64,000 nt of DNA from Alloprevotella sp. (GCA_023663135.1 JAMPIE010000006.1:34170-98169), one strand, 5' to 3'; counted from the first letter of the stretch, positions 46,007 through 55,695 are shown. A program made the numbers and translations. The notes: generated from the letters alone by a model not told the origin.

Positions 46007-47950
46007 ATGATTAACATATCACACAACCGTTACCTACACACGAGCATCGTGCTTGCCATTGATGTCATAGCCTCGCTATGCGCGTCGGCTTTGGTCTTAT
46101 TTGTGGTAAGTATGCTCGTCCCGGCTGCCTATTTTGACAATAGTCAGCGAGTCACCTGGCTCATAGCCTCTGTGATAGCCTCGGTGCTCTCGTTCCGTTT
46201 TGGACAATTCCACAGAGTCATCATTCGTTATACCACACTGAGGGAAATGTCGCGCTTCAGCGTCGTGGTCCTCGGCAAGGAGGTCATCTTATGGTTTGCT
46301 ATGATACTGACCGGGGCCTTGGCCGCCAGCAGCAACCTGCTGATGGGCATGATATGCCTCGATTTGTTTGTCACAGCGTGTGCCATCACGTTTATACGAG
46401 TGGCGATGATTACCGTATATGACATCCTTGGAGCCAAGGCACGCGAAGATAGCAAGCTTCGCAAAGTGCTTGTCTATGGCGTGAGCGACAAAGCCGTCAG
46501 CGCTATGGCACGACTGCGCAACTCTCCCAACTTCAAGGTAGTGGGCTTCATAGACTATGGCAAGAAGCCAAAGCGTATCCTCGCGGGGAAGACCGTCTTC
46601 CAGTTTATCACAGAAGATGACATAAAGGCAATTGCCGCCAATGGCTATGTCGACGGCATCCTCTTTCCCTACGTGGCCAATGCACGCGACGAGCAAAATC
46701 GCCTCATAAAATTTTGCCAGGCGGCTAAGCTCAAGACCTATATCACCCCCGGCATAGACGAGCTTACCGAGGGCGCAGCCATAGGCAATTATATCCGCAA
46801 GATTAAGATTGAAGACCTCCTTGGTCGCTCAGAGATAGAGATTAATATGAAGGAGATCTTGGCCAACTTTAGCGGCAAGGTGATTATGGTGACCGGGGCA
46901 GCCGGCTCAATTGGCTCAGAGCTGTGTCGCCAGCTGGCAACCCTGGGTGTGAGTCAGCTCGTGCTTTTTGATAATGCAGAGACGCCGCTCCACAACATCC
47001 GTCTGGAGCTGCAGGACCGATTCCCAAGCCTCAACTTTGTACCCATCATAGGCGATGTCCGCTCCAAAGAGCGTCTTGATGAGATCTTTGATCGTTACCG
47101 TCCGAAGGTGGTGTTCCACGCGGCAGCGTACAAGCATGTGCCATTGATGGAGGAAAATCCATGCGAGGCAGTGCGTGTCAACGTCATAGGCTCACGTCAG
47201 GTGGCAGATATGTGTGTCAAGTATGACGTGGAGAAGATGGTGATGGTATCGACCGATAAAGCGGTTAACCCGACCAACATCATGGGATGCACCAAGCGGC
47301 TGGCCGAGATCTATGTACAGAGTCTTGGTTTAGCAATCGAGAGTGGATTGCGAAAGGGTAAGACCAAGTTTGTGACCACGCGATTTGGTAATGTCCTTGG
47401 CTCCAATGGCTCCGTAATTCCACGCTTCCGCGAGCAGATAGAGAGCGGTGGCCCCATAACAGTGACCCATCCCGAGATCCGTCGCTTCTTTATGACGATT
47501 CCCGAGGCGTGTCGCTTGGTGATGGAGGCTGCAACCTTCTCTTCAGCCACTCAGATCTTTGTCTTTGACATGGGCGAGCCGGTGAAGATAGCCGATTTGG
47601 CCGAGAAGATGATCACACTTGCCGGACTTGAGCCGGGGCGCGACATAGAGATTAAGTTTACCGGACTGCGACCCGGAGAGAAGCTCTATGAGGAGGTGCT
47701 TGCCACCAAGGAGAGCACAATCCCGACCACCCACCAGCGCATCTTTGTAGCCAAGGTGAGAAAGTATGACATAGCCGACGTGGAGAAGGTAGAGGATGGC
47801 CTTGACACCTTCTCAGCCCACGCCGATGTGATCGACATGGTGAAGCTGATGAAGCGCACTGTCCCGGAGTTTAAGTCACAGCACTCTGAGTTTGCCAAGT
47901 ATGACGTGGCTCAGGAGGAGAAGAAAGAAGAAGAGACACAGATGGCTTAA
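46007..47950 (+). CDS. Polysaccharide biosynthesis nucleotide-sugar dehydratase (CapD/PglF family)
   Basis: Four N-terminal transmembrane helices; IEDLLGR, TGAAGSIGSE, HAAAYKHVP, STDKA, RFGNVLGSNGSV and GLRPGEKLYEE motifs. Confidence 0.93.
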   Translation: MINISHNRYLHTSIVLAIDVIASLCASALVLFVVSMLVPAAYFDNSQRVTWLIASVIASVLSFRFGQFHRVIIRYTTLREMSRFSVVVLGKEVILWFAMILTGALAASSNLLMGMICLDLFVTACAITFIRVAMITVYDILGAKAREDSKLRKVLVYGVSDKAVSAMARLRNSPNFKVVGFIDYGKKPKRILAGKTVFQFITEDDIKAIAANGYVDGILFPYVANARDEQNRLIKFCQAAKLKTYITPGIDELTEGAAIGNYIRKIKIEDLLGRSEIEINMKEILANFSGKVIMVTGAAGSIGSELCRQLATLGVSQLVLFDNAETPLHNIRLELQDRFPSLNFVPIIGDVRSKERLDEIFDRYRPKVVFHAAAYKHVPLMEENPCEAVRVNVIGSRQVADMCVKYDVEKMVMVSTDKAVNPTNIMGCTKRLAEIYVQSLGLAIESGLRKGKTKFVTTRFGNVLGSNGSVIPRFREQIESGGPITVTHPEIRRFFMTIPEACRLVMEAATFSSATQIFVFDMGEPVKIADLAEKMITLAGLEPGRDIEIKFTGLRPGEKLYEEVLATKESTIPTTHQRIFVAKVRKYDIADVEKVEDGLDTFSAHADVIDMVKLMKRTVPEFKSQHSEFAKYDVAQEEKKEEETQMA

Positions 47951-47987
47951 TTCTCAGCAGGCAATCACCGTCGAAGTTATAGGATTA

Positions 47988-49349
47988 TCATGCGGGAGAC
48001 TTCTCAAGGGAGCCTCTCGCTACTTTTTCTGCTTCGGAGGTGATTGCAGCCACCCTACGCCGGAGCATCAATAGCATCGACATAGTGGGCAAAGCCATAA
48101 AGAAGTAGAAGAGGTCGCACAAGGCTACGGCCGCCGACAGAGGCACTACCGCAAAGAGAGCAAGAGAGAGGATGAATAAGATGGTGTGGAAGCGAGCGCC
48201 GCGTGGTCCAAAGAGGAAGGCCGCACATCTGTTGCCATAGAAAGAGTAGCTAAACATAGATGAAAGAGCAAAGCATGAAACCACAACCATCAGGAGGAAT
48301 CGGCCGCCGGGGATTGCACTGCCAAAGCCGGACATGGCAAGCGAAAGGCCTTGAATGTCGCCCGAAGGGAGAGAGTTAAAATCGACCGTAACGAGCAGAG
48401 CTAAGGCAGTAAGAGTGCAGACAAAGCCCGAGTCGATAGCCGGGCCAAGCATAGCAATCAACCCCTCCTTGACCGGATTGTCGTTTCGGCTCTCAGAGTG
48501 CATTATGGAGGCAGTTCCGACGCCAGCATCATTGACGAGCATAGCTCTTCGGGCGCCAATGAGTGCCACGCCAATGAGCGCCCCCCATCCGGCACGGAGA
48601 GAGAAGGCCTCCCTGAATATCGAAGAGAAGGCCTCCGGCACCATGGATAAGTTGCAGACCAGGATAATGGCCACCATGACAAAATATATGCCGACCATAA
48701 AAGGCACCATAAAAGAAGCCACGGCAGCTATCCTCCTAATCCCACCCAAGACCACCAACGCGACAACCGAAGCGATGCATAAGCCGATGGCCAGACGAGG
48801 AAGGAGCGAGTCGTCGATGCCCATTGAGGCAATTGCGGCCTCGGTGAGCTGATTGGCGTTCATGATACAAAGAGTGCCGACCATGCCGGCAATGGCGAAG
48901 CAGCATGCCATCCAACGCCAACGAGGAAGAAGAGCCTTGCGAATGATATACATAGGACCGCCAAAAGTAGAGCCGTCGGCCCCAGTTTCACGGTAGGCAA
49001 TGGCCAGCACACCCTCGTGATATTTAGAGGCCATGCCCACGAGCGCGCTCACCCACATCCAGAAGATTGCGCCGGGACCGCCCATGGCCAAGGCAATAGC
49101 CACGCCCGCAATGTTTCCCATCCCCACCGTAGCCGCCACCACCGAGGCGAGAGCCTTAGCCGACGAGATCTGGCCGGCACATCCTTGGGCAGCGTCGGAT
49201 CTCTCACGAAGGAGGCGTAAGGCATCAGGAAGCCTTCTAAGCGGGAGAGCACGGCTTCCGCAAAAGAGAATCAGACCTCCTCCAATGAGGAGGATAAAAA
49301 GCGGCATGCCGCATAGAGAGTCAGCTAAAGAGGATAGGAAATGAGTCAT
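47988..49349 (-). CDS. Alanine/glycine:cation symporter (AGCS) family amino acid carrier
   Basis: ATVGMGNIAGVA, GGPGAIFWMW, GGPMY and NDAGVGTA motifs; TATTTTTG box at 49370-49377. Confidence 0.9.
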   Translation of the reverse strand: MTHFLSSLADSLCGMPLFILLIGGGLILFCGSRALPLRRLPDALRLLRERSDAAQGCAGQISSAKALASVVAATVGMGNIAGVAIALAMGGPGAIFWMWVSALVGMASKYHEGVLAIAYRETGADGSTFGGPMYIIRKALLPRWRWMACCFAIAGMVGTLCIMNANQLTEAAIASMGIDDSLLPRLAIGLCIASVVALVVLGGIRRIAAVASFMVPFMVGIYFVMVAIILVCNLSMVPEAFSSIFREAFSLRAGWGALIGVALIGARRAMLVNDAGVGTASIMHSESRNDNPVKEGLIAMLGPAIDSGFVCTLTALALLVTVDFNSLPSGDIQGLSLAMSGFGSAIPGGRFLLMVVVSCFALSSMFSYSFYGNRCAAFLFGPRGARFHTILFILSLALFAVVPLSAAVALCDLFYFFMALPTMSMLLMLRRRVAAITSEAEKVARGSLEKSPA

Positions 49350-49532
49350 GGAATGTCGGTTTTATGCACAAAAATACATAAAATCCTGTAAAATTTAGCA
49401 GAGAACAATAGAAAGCTACATCTGCCCATCAAAGGCGGGAGAAGAATAATAATGTCAAAGAGCTCTTGCCGACGCTTGGATATCTCCGGCCTTGCGGCCA
49501 AAGGGGCTGAGGAGGCGGGGCGCGGCACCCGC

Positions 49533-50327
49533 TTATGCGCTCAAGGCTAAGGAATTAGGAATGAGGAGAGAGGGGTTGGGATTTTGAGGCGGAAGTTTTA
49601 TATCCTGGGGTATCCGGGGGATTATCCGGGGATTATCCGGGGAGGGTGGGGATCCGGTGGAATGGATGAAGGGGGTGCGGGTGGAGTCGGGGGGAGGGAG
49701 TGGGTAGGGCTGACGTAGGATCATCTTGGCGAAGCCGGAGCGGGGGTGGCGGGCGGAGTCGCCGACGAAGATGAGGGCAGAGCCCGGGGCGCCGGAGAAG
49801 AAGGGGGCGACGCATTGGAGGAGAGCGCCGAAGGAGGAGCCTTTATATCGGGCGTGGAAGAGGTCGGTGTCGAGGACGAGGCAGTAGTGGATGGAGGAGG
49901 CTCGGAGAGAGTTGACGGAGCGGAGGGAGTGGCTGGCGGGGGTGAAGAGGTCGTCGCGCTCCTCGGCGGAGAGGCGACGACCGACTTGGCGGAGAGGACG
50001 GACGAAGCAACGACGGATGATCTCCTGAGCCATGGGCTTGCGCCGGGTGATGATTGCTGTAGAGCGGATGGCGTCGGCCGGGGCTATGACCTCGCGGAGC
50101 CAGCGGAGATATAGGGGGAGGATGGTGTTGGAGAGGAGGTGTGGGTCGAGGTGGCGGAGGTTGACGATGTCGATGTAGGCGTAGACGAAACCGAGGAGGT
50201 GGCGCTGGTGCTCAAGTCGGTCGAGGATAAGGCGGTATCGGTCGATGGGTAGGTCGGGGTGGAGCCGACGGACCCAATGACGGAAAGAGAATGACCAGGG
50301 TGTATAAGGCTTCAGCGTCTGAATCAT
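49533..50327 (-). CDS. Orphan protein, possibly a degenerate terminase large-subunit ATPase domain
   Basis: 264-codon intact ORF with strong C-ending codon bias and a TATCTTTA box at 50334-50341. Motif order TAII....MAQEI, NSLR...hhhhD, LIFVGDSA resembles a terminase ATPase (by eye only). Pro-rich tail. Confidence 0.6.
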   Translation of the reverse strand: MIQTLKPYTPWSFSFRHWVRRLHPDLPIDRYRLILDRLEHQRHLLGFVYAYIDIVNLRHLDPHLLSNTILPLYLRWLREVIAPADAIRSTAIITRRKPMAQEIIRRCFVRPLRQVGRRLSAEERDDLFTPASHSLRSVNSLRASSIHYCLVLDTDLFHARYKGSSFGALLQCVAPFFSGAPGSALIFVGDSARHPRSGFAKMILRQPYPLPPPDSTRTPFIHSTGSPPSPDNPRIIPRIPQDIKLPPQNPNPSLLIPNSLALSA

Positions 50328-50581
50328 AGTGGGTAAAGATAATGGATTTTTCGGCGAGGGTATGTCGTAAACCTACGTTATGGCTCGATCTGGGGGAACT
50401 GTGGAGGGTCGTGGTGGGGGTGTCGAGTTGTCAGGTTGATAAGTTGTCAGATTGATCGGGCTCTGGGGTGTGAGGAAGATTGGATTGTCGATAAATTGGG
50501 GTGGGGATTGGTTGGGGGAGACCTAAATTGTTGCTAACTTTGTTGTGTCATTAGGGCTGTCAAAGCAGTCGAAGTCATTAG

Positions 50582-51964
50582 ATGAAGAAGATATTCATAT
50601 TTATAGCAATCATAATGGTGGCCATTGCGAGCATAGCATATAGGCCAGCAGAGGGAGGCATGACGCGACCGACAATGTCGGACAGTGTGGCGCCGGTGCA
50701 GTTTCCGGGCTCAGAGAAGGCGCTTATAGGCGTCTATATCGAGGATATCTCGACGGGCGAGGTTGTGGCCGAGTATGGAGCAGATCGCGCCTTTTGCCCG
50801 GCGAGCATCATGAAAGCAGTGACGTCGGCGTCGGTAATGAGCCTGTATCCGGATGATATGTGTTTTTCCACCCGCATCTGTATGTCAGGCGAAGTGAGAG
50901 AAGGCATCTTAGAGGGGGATATCATTGTAGAAGCATCGGGAGACCCCACCCTTGCATCCTCATATTTCACAAATCAGACAGCACCGCAAGACAGCCTTGC
51001 CGCAGCACTGAGGCGACTGGGAGTAGACACAGTAGCCGGGAGCATCGTTGTAGACGGGAGAGCCCTACCGGATCCATCGTATCCGGCAGGATGGAGCATT
51101 AGCGACTACATGTGGCCCTATGGGGCCATGCTTCGCCCCCTTAACTGGCGGGACAACCGCTATACACTTATACTACCCTCAAAAGCTACCGAGCCGTTTA
51201 TACCCGGGCTAAAAGTGGAATTTACGCGCAAGCGGCGAGGCAAGATGAGCTATGACGCAAAGCCACCGCTCACCTTGGTTAAAGCATGGGGCAAACTGCC
51301 AAAAGGAGGCGCCAGCGAGATCTTAGCCATGCCCGACCCCCAAGAAGCCTTTATCCATGCCATGATTGGAGCCATGGCCGATTCAGGCATCGTAATAGGA
51401 GATACGCCCCTTGCGAAAAAAGGAGAAGCAAGAGAAATCACCGCAATAAAATCGCCCACCTTCACGGCCATACTCCGCAGCCTTATGCACCGGAGCGACA
51501 ACTTGATGGCCGAAGGAATGCTGCGCACCATAGCCCCACGCCAGAGACGCGACACCGCCGCCACACGCGAGACCGACCTATGGAAGCTGAGAGGAGCAGA
51601 CCTCGACTCAGTGAGGATAGTAGACGGGAGCGGACTGAGCCGACTGAACAGACTAACCCCATGGTTTTTGGCCGATGTGCTGACCTGGATGGCACGCAGT
51701 CCAAAAGGTGAAGAATATGCCACGCTCTTTCCACGAGTGGGTAGAGAGGGGACGGTGAGACGCTTTCTTGCAGACACCCCTCTGGAGGGACAGCTCGCAC
51801 TGAAGACCGGCACCATGAGCGGCATACGCGCTCTGGCCGGGTATAAGCTCGGCCCCGACGGGAAGCCCACGCATGCAATAGTATTAATCGTAAACGGCTT
51901 TGGCTGCCCATCCTCAGCCATAAATAAAGCAGCCGAAAGATTTTTTCTCAACTTTTTTTCGTAG
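50582..51964 (+). CDS. dacB: D-alanyl-D-alanine carboxypeptidase/endopeptidase (PBP4, S13)
   Basis: PASIMK (SxxK), SDN and KTGT motifs; signal peptide; TAACTTTG box at about 50535. Confidence 0.92.
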   Translation: MKKIFIFIAIIMVAIASIAYRPAEGGMTRPTMSDSVAPVQFPGSEKALIGVYIEDISTGEVVAEYGADRAFCPASIMKAVTSASVMSLYPDDMCFSTRICMSGEVREGILEGDIIVEASGDPTLASSYFTNQTAPQDSLAAALRRLGVDTVAGSIVVDGRALPDPSYPAGWSISDYMWPYGAMLRPLNWRDNRYTLILPSKATEPFIPGLKVEFTRKRRGKMSYDAKPPLTLVKAWGKLPKGGASEILAMPDPQEAFIHAMIGAMADSGIVIGDTPLAKKGEAREITAIKSPTFTAILRSLMHRSDNLMAEGMLRTIAPRQRRDTAATRETDLWKLRGADLDSVRIVDGSGLSRLNRLTPWFLADVLTWMARSPKGEEYATLFPRVGREGTVRRFLADTPLEGQLALKTGTMSGIRALAGYKLGPDGKPTHAIVLIVNGFGCPSSAINKAAERFFLNFFS

Positions 51965-51988
51965 CTTCGCGCAAAAATTCAATAACAC

Positions 51989-52513
51989 ATGACAGAAAGA
52001 TCACATCAGATTGATTCGCTCCTATCACTGGCCTTTGAAATAGAGGGACTACTGATGCTTGCTCAACGCCGCGACGATATGACCCCGGCGGAAGTGCTGA
52101 ATATGCTCACAGATAAATGTGTGGCGCTGATGGACGGCGTGGACGCCCTGAAGCCATCCGCAGAAGAAACGCAAGCCGAGGAAAAGCGCGCCGAGGAGGA
52201 GCTAACCAATACAGACAAAGAAGAGACTTTATCCGAAGATGAGGCAATAGCCGAGGCAGTGTCATATGAAGAGCGCGAAGACGCAGAGCCTATCCCCACC
52301 ATAAAGGCCATAACATTGACATTGAACGATAAATTTAGATTTCGACGGACCATCTTTGGCGGGTCAGACACCCGACTGAGCGACGCTCTGGCCACCATAG
52401 CCACAATAGAAGGTCCCGAAGAGCTCGACGACTACATAACCAACGACCTATGCCTTGACCTGACAGACGAAGAGGTAAAGGCCTTTATAGAAGCCATCCA
52501 AGCCAGCCGCTGA
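51989..52513 (+). CDS. Hypothetical acidic protein
   Basis: ORF in the dacB-rsmI unit; C-terminal LTLNDKFRFRRTIFGG helix bundle; stop abuts the rsmI start. Confidence 0.75.
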   Translation: MTERSHQIDSLLSLAFEIEGLLMLAQRRDDMTPAEVLNMLTDKCVALMDGVDALKPSAEETQAEEKRAEEELTNTDKEETLSEDEAIAEAVSYEEREDAEPIPTIKAITLTLNDKFRFRRTIFGGSDTRLSDALATIATIEGPEELDDYITNDLCLDLTDEEVKAFIEAIQASR

Positions 52514-53238
52514 TGCTCTATATAGTACCCACACCGGTAGGCAACCTCGGCGATATGGCACCCAGAGCCATCGAGATACTAAGACAATGCAGAGTGATCT
52601 ACGCCGAGGACACACGCACCTCGTCGGTGGTGATGAGGCATTTTGACATCACCACCCCCCTGCACTCTTTCCATAAATTTAACGAACACAGCGCACTCGC
52701 CACCGTGATGGACAGGCTTGAAGGGGGCGAAGACATAGCGCTCGTGAGCGACGCCGGCACGCCCGGCATATCAGACCCCGGCTTTCTGTTGAGCCGCGAA
52801 TGTCGACAGCGCGGCATCCCGGTGGTGACCCTCCCCGGGCCGACGGCCTTTGTCCCGGCCTTAGTATCGTCGGGCCTTCCCTGCGAGCGATTTGCCTTTG
52901 AAGGATTTCTACCGACCAAGAAAGGGCGCGCCACACGCATAGCAGAGATAGCCGCCAGCCCGGTGACCACCATCATCTATGAGAGCCCATTGAGACTGGT
53001 GAAGACCCTCGAACAGCTTGCCGAGGCATGTGGGCCCGACCGGGCCGCCTCCGTATCTCGCGAGATATCCAAGATGCATGAAGAGACCATCCGCGGAGAG
53101 CTAAGCGAACTAATTTCACACTTCACAGAGAACAATCCGAGAGGAGAAATCGTTATCGTCATAGGAGCCGCCAAGGGGACATCAGAACCCAAAGTGCATC
53201 GCAACAAATATCGCGACGAGAGCGGCACTGAAGTATAA
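52513..53238 (+). CDS. rsmI: 16S rRNA (cytidine1402-2'-O)-methyltransferase
   Basis: LYIVPTPVGNLGD, AEDTR, SDAGTPGISDPG, YESP and REISKMHEE motifs. Confidence 0.96.
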   Translation: MLYIVPTPVGNLGDMAPRAIEILRQCRVIYAEDTRTSSVVMRHFDITTPLHSFHKFNEHSALATVMDRLEGGEDIALVSDAGTPGISDPGFLLSRECRQRGIPVVTLPGPTAFVPALVSSGLPCERFAFEGFLPTKKGRATRIAEIAASPVTTIIYESPLRLVKTLEQLAEACGPDRAASVSREISKMHEETIRGELSELISHFTENNPRGEIVIVIGAAKGTSEPKVHRNKYRDESGTEV

Positions 53239-53299
53239 CCCATTCACACAACCCATAACCGAAAATTCATCCCCCTTCCGTTTCCATCAGGAAAAGCCT

Positions 53300-54187
53300 A
53301 TGAAAAAAATCTCCAAAACCTTGGCATGCATTGCCGCCATAGCCGCTGCAGCCATCCTTCCCCTGTCGTCGTGCGGCGACAAGGAAAAGCTCCAGAAGTC
53401 AGAAGCCACCAACGACATGCTGAACGCCCATCTTCAGGAGACCCTTGCCACACAAGACTCGCTCTTTGTGCTCATCAACGAGATAACAGAGGGCATGACC
53501 CAGATTAAAGAGATAGAGCGCATAGTGACCACCCCGGGTACACTCACATCAGAGAGCCCGTCGCGTAAGGAGCAGCTGAAATCAGACATGATGGCCCTCC
53601 AGCAGGCTCTCCAAGCACGACGAGAGCGTCTCGAAGAGCTTGAGAAGCAGCTGGCCGAATCGTCGGGCCAAAACAAGACCCTACTCACCACCATTTCAAA
53701 CCTGAAAGCCCAGATAGCAGAGCAGCAGACCGAGATAACGACCCTCAACAACCAGCTGGCCGAAGCCGGAATAAAGATCACCGCGCTTGGCACACAGGTA
53801 GACTCGCTGTCAAACGTAGTGAATGAAGTGACCGAGAGCCGCGACCTTGCCGAGCAGGAAGCCGAGCAGATAGCCAACGAGCTCAATACATGCTACTACG
53901 TAGTAGGGAGCCAGAGCGAGCTCAAGAAAAACAACATCATTGAGACCGGCTTCTTGCGCAAGACCAAAGTGCTACCGAGCGACTTCAACGCATCATACTT
54001 CACAAAGGCCGACAAGCGCACCCTGACCGAAGTGCCCACCCACGCAAAGAAAGCTGAAGTGATGACCAACCAGCCCAAAGATACCTACAGCATCGAGGAT
54101 GGGGCCGACGGACAGAAGGTGATCAAGATCAAAGATCCCGCACGCTTCTGGAGCCTATCAAACTTCCTCGTAGTGAAAGTGAATTAA
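53300..54187 (+). CDS. Coiled-coil lipoprotein (possibly Cbp1-like adhesin family)
   Basis: Lipobox LSSC, long heptad coiled coil, C-terminal globular domain (NTCYYVVGS...FWSLSNFLVV). Confidence 0.75.
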   Translation: MKKISKTLACIAAIAAAAILPLSSCGDKEKLQKSEATNDMLNAHLQETLATQDSLFVLINEITEGMTQIKEIERIVTTPGTLTSESPSRKEQLKSDMMALQQALQARRERLEELEKQLAESSGQNKTLLTTISNLKAQIAEQQTEITTLNNQLAEAGIKITALGTQVDSLSNVVNEVTESRDLAEQEAEQIANELNTCYYVVGSQSELKKNNIIETGFLRKTKVLPSDFNASYFTKADKRTLTEVPTHAKKAEVMTNQPKDTYSIEDGADGQKVIKIKDPARFWSLSNFLVVKVN

Positions 54188-54346
54188 GTAATCTTCAAAA
54201 AATAACTAGGTAGACTTTCTTGTCTTTTTTGGCATCTTTTTCAGCTCAGTTAAGTCATGTAGCTTGCTACACTCCTGCACTTTCGCCAAAAAATCTGCAC
54301 AAGAAATCCAGCGAAATTCTTTACCAAGTTATTTTTTTACGATTAC
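54188..54346. mobile_element. MITE-like element, copy A (159 bp)
   Basis: 25-bp terminal inverted repeats (22/25 match; GTAATC...GATTAC), TAA on both sides, no ORF. Confidence 0.65.
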
Positions 54347-54349
54347 TAA

Positions 54350-54506
54350 GTAATCTTCAAAAAATAACTTGGTAGACTTTCTTGTCTTTTTGGCATCTTT
54401 TTCAGCTCAGTTAAGTCATGTAGCTCGCTACAATCCTGCACTTTCGCAAAAAAATCTGCCAAAAAATCCTGCGAAATTCTTTACCAACTTATTTTATTAC
54501 GATTAA
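54350..54506. mobile_element. MITE-like element, copy B (tandem copy, degenerate right end)
   Basis: Near-identical direct repeat of copy A offset by 162 bp; ends GATTAA. Confidence 0.6.
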
Positions 54507-54525
54507 TGAGGCACACCCCCAAGAA

Positions 54526-54563
54526 AATGCCTGGCCGCAGTCAAAAGACTACGTCCAGGCATT
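54526..54563 (+). terminator. Terminator of the dacB-rsmI-lipoprotein unit
   Basis: AATGCCTGG...AGTC-aaaa-GACT...CCAGGCATT followed by AATTTTTT. Confidence 0.65.
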
Positions 54564-54618
54564 AATTTTTTCTTGTCACGAAAGGCAATAAAAGGGAGGG
54601 CCATTACGTTATAAAGGG

Positions 54619-55695
54619 GTGAAAGAATATTCAATTACAACAAGGCTAAGAGGCATAAGGCCCATGCTTGCGGCTATAATCATGCTGCACACCCAGCCAA
54701 TGGCTCTATCGGCGGCGACACCCGTCGAGGGGACAGGCGGCTCGAGCCCAGCCTATTCATTCTTAGAAATACCCACATCGACACGCCTATATGGCCTCGG
54801 CGGGATGAACATCACCGTAGCCGACCCAACCGATGTGTTTACCATCGACCAGAACCCGGCGTTGCTTGGCCCAGAATTTGACAAGCAGCTTGGCATCAAC
54901 TATATGAGATGGATGGGAGGGAGCAACTTTGCCGGAGTGCGCTATGCCATGGCCGCCGGCGAGCGCGCTGCCTGGAGCGCCGCCATCCAATATTTTGGTT
55001 ATGGCAGCCAAAAAGAGACCGACAGCAACGGCAACGTAATCGGCGAGTTCTCCCCCATGGATCTTGCCATCAACGGTGCATATTCACGAGACCTATCAGA
55101 CCTTGTCAGAGGAGCCTTCAATATCAAGATGGCCTATAGCTCCTATTCCGACTTCACGGCCATAGCCCTTGCCGCCGACCTTGGCCTAAGCTATTATGAT
55201 CCCGATCGGGACCTCTCCCTATCGATAGTAGCCGCAAACCTTGGAGGACAGGTGAAACGCTTCAACGATACGTATGACCGCTTGCCCATAGACCTTCGGC
55301 TCGGGTGGGCCAAGAGCTTTGGCACGCTACCCATACGCTTTTCCCTAACGGCGTATGATCTGACGCGATGGGAAGTGCCGTATTATGACAACGGCGATGG
55401 GACAACCGGAGCCCAGCCGGAGCTTAAGAGCACCTTTATGAGCAATCTGATGCGCCACATAGTGATAGGAGCCGACTTCATACCTTCAGAAAAATTTAAC
55501 ATAAGCCTGGGGTATAACTATCGGACTCGCACCGATATGTCGACCTACTCACGGTCGATCTTATCGGGGTTTTCGATCGGAGCATCACTCAGACTTAGCT
55601 CCTTTGGAGTAGGCGTTGCCTTGGCGCAGCCTCATAGCGGAGCCACCACCATGATGGTTAACTTCACCACCGATCTCAACGAACTGCTCAGATAA
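54619..55695 (+). CDS. porQ: PorQ-like outer-membrane beta-barrel (PorV/PorQ family)
   Basis: SFLEIP...GLGGMN, NPALL, YFGYG and LSLGYNYR motifs; porQ-cmk-ispH order is typical of Bacteroidales. Start uncertain. Confidence 0.75.
   Translation: MKEYSITTRLRGIRPMLAAIIMLHTQPMALSAATPVEGTGGSSPAYSFLEIPTSTRLYGLGGMNITVADPTDVFTIDQNPALLGPEFDKQLGINYMRWMGGSNFAGVRYAMAAGERAAWSAAIQYFGYGSQKETDSNGNVIGEFSPMDLAINGAYSRDLSDLVRGAFNIKMAYSSYSDFTAIALAADLGLSYYDPDRDLSLSIVAANLGGQVKRFNDTYDRLPIDLRLGWAKSFGTLPIRFSLTAYDLTRWEVPYYDNGDGTTGAQPELKSTFMSNLMRHIVIGADFIPSEKFNISLGYNYRTRTDMSTYSRSILSGFSIGASLRLSSFGVGVALAQPHSGATTMMVNFTTDLNELLR

Noticed and set aside
49630-49700. GGGGAGGG KOPS-like octamers
   Set aside because: Wrong orientation relative to dif, and explained by the C-rich coding strand of the orphan ORF.
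50420-50460. AGTTGTCAG(G/A)TTGAT twice
   Set aside because: Two short copies of a simple intergenic repeat with no further structure.
54185-54509. CRISPR array
   Set aside because: Two whole 160-bp units are duplicated with no unique spacers and no cas genes.
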